A DNA stretch of 58,819 nucleotides, filler included, from Catajapyx aquilonaris (Eukaryota): NCBI GenBank assembly GCA_000934665.2. It is 3 parts of 3 records of this genome, joined end to end, with 100 filler letters (N's around TTAATTAATTAA, not from the genome) between each part and the next. Parts side by side here need not be neighbours in the genome. Positions count along the whole stretch, not along the records: positions 1 to 19,604 come from JYFJ02006447.1; positions 19,705 to 39,214 come from KZ539537.1; 1 more part is not named here. The stretch is one strand, 5' to 3'. Positions within the stretch are counted from its first letter, which is position 1; each line of letters starts with the position of its first letter. The position numbers and the translations under genes are program-made. The notes under the pieces were generated by a model that had not been told where the DNA came from, did no database searches, and saw nothing but the letters and a program-made list of their open reading frames with translations. Of this stretch, positions 11,901 to 24,160 are shown one piece after another.

Positions 11901-14900
11901 AATACAGCATACTCTGCTCCTAATAAATGCACTTAGCGTTTAATTAGGGGCAGCGCAATTGCAAGGCTTGACCCAACTTTTTTGTTGCATGCTTTCAAAC
12001 TATGCTTATAACTTGCTCTGTCGTCTGCATCTTTTTCACTCGTGTCTTTGGCTTCTTTCAGTGTACGTTTCTTAGTCTTGTGCCCAACATGCGCTCATGA
12101 GTGCTGTGAACAACAACGGTCCATTTAAACCAGAGACATCAAGTTCACTGTGTCTAAAACTATAAATGTAAAATCCGTTTTGAGACACGGGCGCTTTTCG
12201 ATGTTTTTGAATGCGGAAAGCAAAAACTGGCAATGTTGACAAGTGCATGGAATTCGAAAGAGTCCAATTGCACCACATAAAGTGACCAACCACTCTTTTA
12301 ACGACTGACCTGCAATGTTGGCCCTTTAAAATTTTTAAATATATAAAAAATTTCAATAAAACTGTCAGGCTGTTAGAAGAGTGTCAACAGACTCTTTCGA
12401 ATCTAGCGTGTGGGGCAATGGACAGTTAACGAACCTAGAGTGGCACAGGCATGACATTCTCCTGGACAATTACAGGTAACCGTCGGACTGCATCGGTGCG
12501 TTCGGTTGGCTACAGCGACCTGTTCGTCCTGTCCAAAAAGGACATGTGGGATGTGCTGAAGGAATACCCGGCGGCCAGGGTGCGGTTAGAAGCCATCGCC
12601 GTCAAGAGGCTGGAGAAGTACAAAAAAGCGCCGCTCGAGAAAGGTGAGAACAATGGAAGGGACTTCGCTGCCTATTTTTTGCGCACGTCTTTTTCTCTCC
12701 CTGAAGGCTATTGGTGGTCTTTCTGCACGAACACTCTCATTAGGATCTACTTCTATCCCTCCCCAACAGTTAATTAGGCGGAGATGCGGGTTTGTGTTCA
12801 ACGACCAGTGTAATCGAGGAAGGGTTTCCATTTCTACTTTCATTTTCCCAGCGCGACGTTTGTTACATGTTCAATGTAGAGAGGATACGTCATTCATAAG
12901 CCAATTATAAACGGGCAAAATTCATAAACAGCAAGGGCACCCTCTCATTATCCTGTTCTATGTCAGATCTAGTTTGCATTAATTCAAGTCCATCAGCTAC
13001 ATTATGTACTGTAGTGAGCATTAGTATCCACAAAGGCTCAGCATCCGGCCTGAAGGCTCAAAACAGGTGCAAAAATAATGACATTTTTGTGTGAATTAGT
13101 TACAATATGTTATCAAGTTAAACTACTACTGTAATGTATTTACACCATGTTGCAGTTGCTTAATGAGCAGCTGATGAGCAGTGTAGATATTTTGTAAAAT
13201 TTATTTTATTTCGAGCATGACCCTGGCTATTCAGGGTAACCCATCAGCTTCACTTGTGCAACGTGCTGCCTACTGTACAGGATAAGTAGCGAAAATGGCT
13301 TTTCCTGTATTGTAGGCAGCCCGTTGTACAAGAAAGGCTGATGGTTTGTCCTGAATAGCCAGGATAGTGCTCGAAATGACACGGATGCGGATGGTCCAAA
13401 AATGCCCAGCCTATATAGGGAAGTGTCAAACGTATAGCGGTGTAGCGTGTTCAACTTCACAGGTTTCACTAATTTTAAAATGCCAATTATTCTTCCCCAC
13501 ACCTCCTCCAAGACATGGATGACCCTTAGAGGTCCCCCTGAAATCCGTCTCTCGGCACTAAGTTCCATGCTTCGTCACCTCCACCTGTAATTACCCGTCT
13601 TGTCTGCTTTGGATTCGGTCCAAGTCTCCTCCACCCTGACTAATCCTGACCTCAACCCTCTCGGATGTGAATGACCTACGTCTGAATAGTCCTCATTGCT
13701 AAACATGACGGAATCAACCATCGGTTGGCTTCTAGGCCTTTACTTGAATGCCTCTACAATCTGGACGTCTCCAATTGTTGTACCGTTGGATCAACAATCT
13801 GGAAGCCTTTTGAATGCATCAGTGCTCCAGTCCATTATTTCCGAATCGGCTCACCTGCAAAACCAGTATCAACACAACCCGAGTTAATTGGAAGTCCCGT
13901 CTTCTGGAGTGTTCTTCGATTGGAACACTCGTTTCAAATGGCGGATAACAGCTGGAGGCGACCGCAATGATCTGAACCAACGGTCCATTTTTTCCTCTCT
14001 CTTTTTCCTAGTCCCTGTGCAACTGTAGGTAAAATATTTGATTTGCTCTTGTGCTCCGTTGTAAGAAGAGAAACGAGTTCAACGAAGCGGCGTTCTTTTG
14101 CATCAGAAGGAATAAGAAAGGGGATTTCGTTCCGGGGAGCTCCTTCCGGAGTAGATTTGACCGTATCAACTTCCATCTGTCATCAGAAACTGCGGCTAGC
14201 TCCAAAGCCCTTGCTCTTTTTTTTCCTGCTTTAGCTTTCCTGAGCAATATACAGTGCAGAACATCTAGGAATCCCTGGGCTGGGTTGGAAATATGCAGGC
14301 ATTCCTACATATAGTGCATAGTTGGCGTGACAGTTAATTTTGTGTCTGTACTATGGTTAAGCATTTTAAAATGCAAATCCGTTCCAAGTTTGGGCTACCT
14401 GGAACATTTAACGTTCTCTTAAAAGAATGAAATTATTTTAATACACGGAAGAGACACCTGAACAGAATCACTACCTGCAATCCTTCAATCAATGTCGCAA
14501 CAACAATCAATTCTCAATAATGCATTCTTCCCTTTTAAAAATATAACCCGTACCTGCCAATCCTCCATACTATTACATGTCGCGCAACAAAGCGACCCGC
14601 GACACGCACTCACGTCTACTTCGGATTAATTATAACCTCATTTCGAGCAACCCCCACCACTCTCTAATTAAGTGCCTTCGCTTGTCACCCATCTGGTAAA
14701 TGACAACAATAGTTCCGATATCGCTTCCTTTGTGCCTGGCATGACACCCCAGAACCCCCCACCCCACCATCCTCCTGCTCAATTTCCAAGAGAGGAAACC
14801 TTTGCCCAGACAATTCGCTATACAAAGCTCTGCCTGGAGCCAAAAGCAGGAGAGGTTCCCAACTTGTCCTTACAGCGTGATCGATCAGGACATGGGAGAA

Positions 14901-17900
14901 ATTTTTCCAGGAGTGTGCTTTATGTCAGGGTTAGTCTTTTGGGAAATTGTTGTTTTTTGAGGTTGGATGTTCTCCAACAATCAGTTCTTGAAGCGTCTCA
15001 AGAAAAGAAAATACAACCAAGCACACTATTTTTTCCTTAAAAAACGCTGGTGATTTCATGCCATTTGTGGACACTATACACGTCCAAAGTCTTAATGTCA
15101 GTTCTCCTTCAGTCTTTTCACGGCTGGAGTGGAATTAAAGGCCCGACGCAACATGCAATAACCGGCCTCCTTTTGATAAGCCCGGATCGATAGGGTCAAT
15201 TAGTTCCGCATAATTAGAGCGGATCTGCGGTTGCTGACCAGACTCCGTGGACGTTTCATCAGGTTCGAGGTACTTCCGCCTCTGGGTCAACAAGTGGGCG
15301 GTTCATTACTTTGCGCGGCTACCACAAGGCGTAACGCCAGCCTTTGCTTGACGTTACGTTGGCCACACACCATCGCCTTATCGTCAATCCCTGAGTAATT
15401 AGCTTTTGCTGAGTTCATTACTGCAGCAGTGGAAACCCTTGACGTCCAGGAAGTGCAGCAGAATTGAATTTCTGAGGCGAAACACAATCCACGTTTGTCG
15501 TCATGCTCTTCCTCCTCTGCCCCTCTTCTCAGATCAGAAAAGGTCACTGCTAAGGGCACATCTAAAGGCCAAACGATGAGTCGAGAGCTACAATCGCATC
15601 ACGGAAACTAGATTATCCCAATGATAGCTCTGCGGAATGCTCTGTGGCTTTAGGGGTCTCATTTCACCACTGCCCAACTTTGCCCTCATCATGAGGTACA
15701 TGCAGTTGGAATGAGTGGTGAAGCCAAAAGCGCTAAGCCTGTGAAACGATTCGACATTTGGGTCCAGAGGTAGGCCAATATTACCCTGTTAAAATGGTGA
15801 CATTTCAGCGTGAAACACCCCACAGGGTTTGTACAGTGTTGGACATAAATCGAGGCATATTGCTAGCGACATTTTCCGAAGCGGCAGAAGAAGGAATCGA
15901 AGATAAGGATACTGCAAGCCGGGCAAGCAAGATTCGTTCTTCTGCCGCTTCGGAAAATGTCGCTGGCAGTACGCCTCGATTTATGTCCAACACTGTACAC
16001 TCTGACCAAGGTAAGTTATGTGTGTACGTAGTAGTAGACATCCGCATGGTCTCTTCGTACTTGGACTTTCTCTATCTTGGAGCGTATCGTAGGTGTGTCG
16101 TGAGTGTGTAGGTGTAACAGTAGATGCTCCTCCTTCTTCTCTCGTAGCCCAAGATGAACCCCGCCCTTCCCTCCTTGCAGCGGCCATGGGCAGGAGCAAT
16201 TCCACGCCAGGTCTGGTAGAGTCCAAAGGACGGGTTCCTCTGGAGGAGATGTGGATCTCGCCCTTGGAGCCTATCAGGGCCAACATCCTAGGGGGAAGCA
16301 CAGGGGCCAGTCCCAGCGCCAGGTAAGGGCTTCGCTCGGATGATTGCAACGCCATCTTCGTGCAATTTGAAAGAGACTTTCCCCCAATTAAACCCGCTTG
16401 AATTATATTTTGATACTAGCAGGATACCCGGCGTTGCTCGGGTTATGAAAGACTTTTCCATAGGAGTGACTCATTGATTTAGTAGTAACCTTTGCAATAA
16501 ATTATTATATTATACATTTTATTATATTTTATGTTATATATTATATTATATTATAACCCCAACTTTAACCTCACATCTTTCACCCTCGAGCAACATCCAG
16601 TGACTTCAACGCTCCATGCGGCCAGATCCATATTAAACACCGGGGTGATTGATGACCAGAGTGAAGTACACTTTTGCAAATTTTATGAATGGCCCCGGAA
16701 AGGAACGTTCCATCCGTTATCTTCATCCGAGAAAAGAGGTTTTTGGAGGACAACTTCCTTTTGTCGTTTCATTGATTTCATTCGGTGCCCTTACCCCAAG
16801 AGGGGTTTTGAGAGAAAAGGGAGATACCACCATTCATTTCCGAGGTGCCAAAAAATGGCTTCCTTTCCCCCTTGGGCTTGGTTTGTCAGTGGGAGATCAG
16901 GCGTCTGACAAGAGAGTGGATGTGGCCGATCGAGCATAGAGTGGGTTGGGTACCGGTTCTAGGCAAGCATTACCCGCCAGCCAAAAGGGTTCTTTTCAGA
17001 CCATCTCAACGTGGCCTCCATTCTTCTTCAGACAAGAGAAATAAAAGTGGGCTGCTCAGCGCTCTCCATTCATAGGGTTCTACGAACAAAAATTGGTTAC
17101 TCCGCCACGAAATTGGGGTCAGGACGACGACCTCAAATGTCGCATTTTACCTAGGGCCTAGGGTTCAAATGACGCGAAAATTGTTCCGACACTGAAGCAA
17201 TCGACACTTTGGTTTGAACATGTATGGTTTGGCACACTTTTACAGTTGTTCGATTTTTAACTGTTATATTAGTTATTTTGATCATAAAAAGAAACATTTA
17301 AAACAAGATTGGGATATCACGCGAGCGTGATTCGAGTAGACATTTTATCATATTGGGCAGGGAGAAATGAGGCTGACAAGATGCGATTCTAATTAGACAA
17401 TGACTGTTATCAGTTTCATTTTCCATTGCTAACGAACCAAATTTATACGGTAACCTGCCTGTAGATTTGACCTTGGCGGATAAAGTGGACCCGGAAAACC
17501 GGAAGTGGCAGGTCACCGGAAGTTGCCCATGAAACATATTTAGGGTCAGCTGAATCCGAATCCAAAAATAGTTTGTCACTATCTCTTTCGGTTTAGGCCC
17601 TGATACCTGTCCACGGACAGGCAGCCGTTCTATAGCCTACTATTTTTTTCCGATGAGAAAAAGTCTATATACAGTAATTACTTTCCATATGGTTGAACCG
17701 CACTTATATTTTTAAATTGCCTAATGTCAAAACTAACAGCAGTTTACCACCATAAGTGCTAAACTTCCCCAAAAGAACAATTAACAAATTACCCTCAGTG
17801 CATCTAATTGCTCAACTCTTTTTCTACCCATCCTTATTCAAGCAGCTAGAATGGCAGACCCATTATATTAATTAGATCAAGCTGCGAACATTCTTGGCCC

Positions 17901-19562
17901 AAACAGATCCTTTTAAGCGTATTATTTGCCCCCCCATTCTCCAGCGGAAGTGGCAGGTAAAGCCGGTTCGCGAAAAAAAACCAAGCTTCTGCACTGTAAA
18001 AAAAAAAAAAGAAGTGAAAACCTGGGATTCCATCAGCAGCTAGAGGCCCAAAGGCAGCGTTGTACGGGCGGATCGGACCAAATGACTTTAGTCGACGGCG
18101 CCTTCATGAATGGCTAATGATGCGACTGAAACGCTCAAAGTTGAGCNCCCGAAAAAATGGCGCAATCTTTCTGTTCACCTTTGACCTGTGACCCCACCAT
18201 TTTTAGAAAAATCAGTCACGTTTTGTAACCTTTGGGTTTTTTTTTTCCTGTCCGTACTGCAGATCTCGCGATCGACATTCGCAAGCTGCAGATTCCCCGT
18301 TTTCGGAGTCGCCCTGCGTGCATTCGTCGGATGAAGATCGTCACAGTCAAGTGCCCAGTCATGTGACCACACTGCCACCTTCTATTCGATCAGGTATGTC
18401 CTTACTATTGTGATACACTGCATCAAAATAGCCGCTTGTAGTAAGTGATTGGTGGAAGAAGTTGGGCTGTGGACCATCAAAAATATTAATTTTTTAAACA
18501 ATGTGTGACATGTGTATGATATGCGCAGCTGGCACGAGTGTGACCTCCAACGAGGACAGTGTGCTCGACCGGCGCTCGACGGTGACGACCCACTCCCAGA
18601 TTTTGTCGTCCCTGACCACCACCATCTTTACCACCACCACCACCCATCCCACCCTGGAAGTGTCGCCCTCCGGATATGAGACCGGATCTGTGTCACCTGC
18701 CAGCGCTGAACACTACTCTGCCGATGCATGCCGACACAGGCTCAGTCCAGGTGAGGCGCATATTACTCACAGAAAAGTAAGTGGACCAATTGGGACTTGG
18801 TCACAAGCCACTCAGCTCCTTCCACCAATCTACTTAGCTTATATGTATCTTAAGTAACAAGTGGTCACTCACCTGGACAGTACACACTAGCCATCCTGCC
18901 CACACCACAATGAGTGATTCCCCCTAAATATGAGCCATTCAAATGGGGTCAGTCAAATGCCACCTGCTCTTATCAGCTAGTAGTGTTGTGGCCTCTGGAA
19001 GGTAAAATTTGGTTGAATAAGTTAGATCTCTAATTCCTGGAGGATATCATGTTTTAACGGGGTTGATGACATGCACTCTGCCCCTTTTTTGGTCCTCGCG
19101 GGCGGGACAGTTGCTTTATTTGGTTTGCAAATGCTTCTGGGTTCCATTGGAGATTAATTTCTGCTCTTGGCCAGCTTGTCAAGCTGGTAGGTTGGGTTTG
19201 CAAGTTTGCCGTGATGATCTTTGCAAGCAACATTGGCAACACCTCCAAGAATCCCATTGAACATATTGAACAACTGGTCAACAATATTTGCTATTCCAGG
19301 TGGAGGCATCCTCCATCCAAGTGGCAGCATGCGAGAGCTTTCCCAGGAGACATCACACGAGGCCTTACTAGCCGAGATTAAGCGGCTCCGGGAGCGCCTA
19401 GTCACCCTGGAGACTGAGAATGCTTCCATGAGCATCAAGCTGAGCCAGCAACAATGGGAAGTGGAGCACAGGCTGGCTGAAATTGAGATGCAGATCTGTG
19501 GTGCTAGCAGTGCGGGCAGCAGCACAGAGGACAACGAGCGGAACAGAGAGTCCATCATATGA
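5765..19562 (+). CDS. CG42260: Cyclic nucleotide-gated cation channel subunit, 3' part: join(5765..5917,6832..6969,12476..12643,16181..16322,18263..18393,18529..18750,19300..19562); 5' exons not in window
   Basis: All seven exons have canonical AG/GT sites with consistent phases (1217 nt, ending TGA). They encode the C-linker ([19 protein letters not shown]), a CNBD with phosphate-binding cassette ([10 protein letters not shown]...NRRTASVRS) and a C-terminal coiled coil ending RNRESII. These features match the insect CG42260-type channel as recalled; the orthology call was not searched. Confidence 0.92.
6832..6969 (+). CDS. CG42260: CNG channel exon (CNBD beta-roll)
   Basis: aacag|GTGAAG ... 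GCAG|gtactg; [46 protein letters not shown]. Confidence 0.95.
12476..12643 (+). CDS. CG42260: CNG channel exon (phosphate-binding cassette, B and C helices)
   Basis: tacag|GTAACC ... GAGAAAG|gtgaga; [56 protein letters not shown]. Confidence 0.95.
15834..15995. mobile_element. 162-bp MITE with long TIRs (CAGTGTTGGACATAAATCGAGGC...) and TA TSD
   Basis: About 60-bp inverted arms flanked by TA on both sides. A diverged second copy lies in opposite orientation at about 49897-50051. Confidence 0.85.
16181..16322 (+). CDS. CG42260: CNG channel exon (post-CNBD); alternative in-frame acceptor at 16148
   Basis: ttgcag|CGGCCATG ... GCCAG|gtaagg; [28 protein letters not shown]... Confidence 0.88.
16416..16443 (-). 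mobile_element. Helitron 3' terminus (hairpin plus CTAG|T)
   Basis: Minus strand reads ACCCGAGCAACGCCGGGTATCCTGCTAG|T, the same terminal motif as at 19881-19909, 20386 and 41085. The 5' end was not located. Confidence 0.7.
18263..18393 (+). CDS. CG42260: CNG channel exon absent from the ORF track (Ser/Pro-rich linker)
   Basis: Long T-tract then ctgcag|A TCT CGC... open for 131 nt to TCAG|gtatgt. It converts the phase-2 end of the previous exon to the phase-1 start of the next. Confidence 0.85.
18529..18750 (+). CDS. CG42260: CNG channel exon (Ser/Thr-rich tail)
   Basis: cgcag|CTGGC ... CCAG|gtgagg; phase 1 to phase 1, open frame. Confidence 0.8.
19300..19562 (+). CDS. CG42260: CNG channel terminal coding exon (coiled coil, ends ESII-stop)
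   Basis: ttccag|[56 protein letters not shown]...NERNRESII*. Confidence 0.93.
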
Positions 19563-19604
19563 AGAACAGTTTCTTCTTTTTTTTTTCCGAATCAAATGGG
19601 GCGG

Positions 19605-19704
19605 NNNNNNNNNNNNNNNNNNNNNNNNNNNNNNNNNNNNNNNNNNNNTTAATTAATTAANNNNNNNNNNNNNNNNNNNNNNNNNNNNNNNNNNNNNNNN
19701 NNNN
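19605..19704. other. Artificial 100-bp contig spacer (N44-TTAATTAATTAA-N44)
   Basis: The 12-mer gives stop codons in all six frames and is embedded symmetrically in Ns; identical to 39215-39314. Confidence 0.95.
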
Positions 19705-19850
19705 GGCATTAGACCTAATATCAGCAGGTGCTATTCCCGATTCTCCAGAAAGAGCCAGAAAGCATCTCTTAGCAACGACCTGCTTATAAACAAGCAGCTT
19801 GTGCGATTTTTCCAATAACTACTGGTGCCACAGAGTTGGATCACCCTGTA

Positions 19851-19909
19851 TGTACCCCTACCTTTACCAGCACCCCAACATACCTGGGCAACGCCGGGTA
19901 ACCTGCTAG
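19851..19909 (+). mobile_element. Helitron 3'-end fragment
   Basis: CCCCTACCTTTACCAGCACCCCAACATACCTGGGCAACGCCGGGTAACCTGCTAG|T is essentially the reverse complement of 20386-20440. Confidence 0.75.
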
Positions 19910-20385
19910 TTACATATAAAAGGTGAAAAAGATGGCACCATAACTCTAATGACCACCAGGTTCAGTATGTACACATTCACTGATGCAAACGCATCTACAG
20001 ATCTACAAATGCATCTACAGTTTGCTTGATTTTTGTCTAGGTGTAACCATTTTATGCCAGTGTTTGGTTCCCATGTGATTCAACCTGATTGAGCTTCTTA
20101 ATTCAATTACATGAGCCAGCATAATTTCATGTTAATTTATCACCACCTTCTCTTATACGAAATTTCAGGTTCTCAGTGTTGCATCACAGTTTTACCAGCA
20201 GTCCCTACGGAGTGGTCATATGCACCATAGATGAGAGACTGGACATCTAGCTATTGAAAATCAACTCCAAAATTCCATTGAAAGTTTGGGTATTATCCTG
20301 TTAACTTACCATCAGATCCAATCACAATGAGGATTGGAATAACTTCCGTGCCATAATGGTCAAACTTTTGCTGCAATATTGATAA

Positions 20386-21015
20386 CTAGCAGGTTACCCA
20401 GCATTGCATGGGAATGTTGGGGTGCTGGTAAAGGTAGGGGACCATATATTTGAAGAACTTTGTTTGCTTGTCAAATTTGTGTTCCATACACTCGAAACTC
20501 AATATGTCTTAATATAGGCCTCATAAGTTACAATAAGCCAAAGTTTGTAACTATCTGTGATTATCTGCTTCTCTTATAGCGACCACATACGATACGAACT
20601 CACGTGAGGACGCCAATTAGCGTAATTGGTGGATGCATTGAATTTACGGCGATGGGACATGTAAAAAATGAGAGGTGCAAGATATAGATGCAATGCTGGG
20701 TGGCAGGAAATCGATGTAATTTGCTAGGTATTGTTCCACAAGGGCATTTCCATGAGATTGCAAACTTGGAAAAAGAGTAATATTGTTGATATATTGTTAA
20801 TGATGTTGATATTATGGTAATTGTTGAGGCCCGAGTAGTGAGAAGATTTGGGCATATGCGTATTGTGGGAGTTTGGCTCACTTTCGGAAGCTGAAACATG
20901 CGCCATTAAATTCCTTGAAAAAAGTAACCCCCAGTGAGCTAGGTGGTGTAGGGGCATTCCACTGGATTTCTATAGTGAAGCCACAAACAAACCCACAAAC
21001 AAACTAAAATATAGA
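20386..21015 (-). mobile_element. About 630-bp non-autonomous Helitron
   Basis: Minus-strand 5' end A|TCTATATTTT at 21015; 3' GC hairpin then CTAG|T at 20386; inserted between A and T with no TSD. Both ends are homologous to 41085-41310 and 48200-48360. Confidence 0.8.
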
Positions 21016-23356
21016 TTACAATAGACAGCATATAATGTACTGTAAGTTAAAGCTGCCATACCGGTATTTTATCACTAGTGCAAAAAGGCTTTTGAATCAT
21101 GTAATCAAACACAGATATGCTACATCTAGTGCATAATATACTGTACTTGCTTGACATAATGAGGGTTATGGACCGCTCATGTATGACATGCCAGTCAATA
21201 TAGTGACATAGTCGAGCAATTATGAAACACTGCTATATCAGCTAGTTGAAATGATATATAAAATACCGACATATTTCCATAGGCTTTCTGCCAAAATATT
21301 CCCTGTTCAAGAGATGATTAGAAGAATGATAAAAGCTAAAGGCCTTGCAGTAAATGTGTAGTTCATATCCCTTAGTTTATCTACAAAGGCCACAGTTATT
21401 TTTCTGACCCTGATTACCCTGCGATCTGTGTTAAATGTGAATGACCCACAAGGTTGGGTATGCTGATAAGTGCTGCAAGTTAAGCACAACATCATCCCTG
21501 CTTTTATTCCTGCAGTAACACATATATTATTGTCTGACCAATTATGAGAATTATTTTGTGTCACTCTATTAGGGACAGTAGAGTATAATATATTTATGCA
21601 TATCTCACAAATGACATACAATATCTCCTCTACCATATGTGGCATACCCATCTCTCACCACCTTACATCCTCCCTATTTTTAGTTACAGGGATCATTCTC
21701 ACAAATTACCACAGTACCACAGAGCCCAATTTTTTGATGCTTCCTTAACATTCCAAGCCTATGCCTTCTGTAACTATTTGTTACTATCTCTGGCTCTCAG
21801 ACATGCCTAGTGAAACCAAGTGAAACTGGCATAAAACAACATAAGAATATGCAGCAGAAGGACAAACTTGACTGACCTGCTAGGCCATTGAGTGTCTGCT
21901 AAGATTTTTGCTTTCTCATTCCAGAATTATTCAGGTTTCTATAATCTGATTTATGATATACTCTGATTACTTCGTAAGAATGAGCACCTTCAGTTAGAAA
22001 TATGTAATCACAAACTCTAATGTAATAATAATTATGGTCTTGAACTTCTTATTTCAGCATCGGTTACACAGAGGCGAGTGATTACAGGTGGCATTTACAG
22101 AATGTACAGGCAGTGTGGCTGACAGGAAGCCAGTTTTATAACTAGGCACATATAGAAAGAGAAGTCAACTACTTAACCTCTGTGGAAAAAAAAAACAACT
22201 TGATAAGGTTGCAGAAATTGACACCACTAAAAATATACCCTATGTAAGGCTATATCTGGAGCAGTTTTCATATTACACAACAGGAAGTCTGTGAGGGTCA
22301 TTCACAGGGTTGTGGGTAAACTATGTGACGTAAATTCAGTCCACTTTGCCATTGTTATTTATTGTTAGCTCAACATTTCAACAAAAAAAAAGTAGACTGG
22401 TTCTGTTTACATGTGACCTTGTAAATGACCCTTACATATTTTAGTCAGCATTACAAGCTCCCTCTTTGTGCTCCTTCCTTTTTTTCTCATGTCTGTTTGA
22501 TTCACATGGTAAGGTCTGGATTTTTGTTGGTATTGCCAATGGTAAGAATTTGTTTACCAAATTTTTACACTTGGCCATAATCTACACTGGCAACTTTGAA
22601 GCCCTTTCCTGGCATCATTATTCATTCCATCTTTGAAAAGAGGAGCTTTCACTCTACAAATCTTGAAAGTTTCATTATTCCAAGCAAACTTTCATTTCAT
22701 ACCACCTTAATCTCCACCCATTATAATTATTAACATGTGGGAAAAATCTTTGTATGTTAATTCATTACATTTCCCTCTTCTCCACAAAAAAAAATATAAA
22801 TCATTTCTTATTTAGCAAAACAGTGAGTTCCTACCTCCATACTTCAGTCATGTGTGCTTCTTAATCTCAGTACAAAAAAATGCAAAAAAAAAATAGCTCT
22901 TTCATCAAAGTAACTATACAAATGTGTAAATACGGACCTGAAAAAAGCTGTTTTTCCTTCCGTTATATACATCTTCACCAAAATCTTCCTGAACTTGCGC
23001 ATTTTAGTTGAAAATAGACTGGTAAATGAAGTATGTCTCCATACAGTGAACTCTTGGTCATAAAAATGAACATGTAAATGAACATGCAAATGAACATGCT
23101 TACATGTACGCAGTAAAATGAGCTGGTGTGTCTTGTGATTTGTCTAATACACTAAGCACATTACATAGGGACTTCAAGGGTCGACATAGCCAATAGGCCC
23201 TAGACCCCATTACACACACAGTGAAATCTGCCTATAGCAGGCCCTGGACCTAGTAGAACCTTGTTTATTGGGAAGAAATTTTTCAGCCCGGCAACGAGAT
23301 AGAATTTTCCACATACAGTATTTTGTGTGTTACAGGGGACATCTAACATTCTAAAG

Positions 23357-23576
23357 CAGTGGTTTCCAACCTTTTACCAACTGCGACCCCCTAAACAATG
23401 CTTCCATAAATGTGCGACCCCCCCCCCCCCCNCTTCTACAACTGCCCCATTTCCAGAAAACATACACTCTGTATGGCCGCAAAAATGGTTCAATTTACAC
23501 AGAAATTGAAAAGAAAAGAAAAAAGTTTAACAAAGGCTCGCGACCCTGGTCGCAACCCCCAGGTTGGAAACCACTG
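23357..23576. mobile_element. hAT-type (Charlie/Buster-like) MITE
   Basis: TIR CAGTGGTTTCCAACCT / AGGTTGGAAACCACTG; 8-bp TSD TTCTAAAG at 23349-23356 and 23577-23584. Confidence 0.92.
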
Positions 23577-24160
23577 TTCTAAAGCATAAACAGACAGCAA
23601 TTTTAGATCCTTCTGTATAGAAAACCCTCTGCAGAGCATAATACTACAGTAATGGCTACTTCACAAATCCGCTGCACTGGAAAAGTGCCAAAATATGGGC
23701 AGGAGTGGCATGTGCAAGTAAGAAATTGGCCTCACAGGGAAGGAAAGCTGACAAATTTTGCATCGGAACAAAGGTTTTGTTCTAATGCAGAGACTTGGCA
23801 GAATGAGAGAACTACAATAAAAAGGATGCTTCATTCATGTGGTATTCTTTACTGAATTGCATCCAAGTGAAATTATGTCAGTTTCTAAAAGGTAGTTTAC
23901 ATCTATCTCTCTCTCAAAACCTGTCTTATGATCTCCGTTTCAAGGTATAATTGATGTTTCATGAGGAACGTTTCATGATTTCCAGTCCCAATCCCAAACT
24001 GTAAAACCCTCATCCCGTTTGTAATGGTTTGGCTGCCATTTCCATTTCCTATGCATGTTGAGCCCATAGGGACACCAAAAACACTACAAACAGGCTCCTA
24101 ATGATATTCTTGGGTTCTTAACATTAGTATCTAACCTATAGGCCTTGCTATAGTGTAGAA

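Noticed and set aside
19154..19558. 134-aa minus-strand ORF (similarly 35841-36329 and 35630-36004)
   Set aside because: Antisense shadows of real coding exons, with no independent support.
19649..19660. TTAATTAATTAA as a biological motif (homeodomain or piggyBac site)
   Set aside because: It sits symmetrically within Ns twice; it is a six-frame stop linker.
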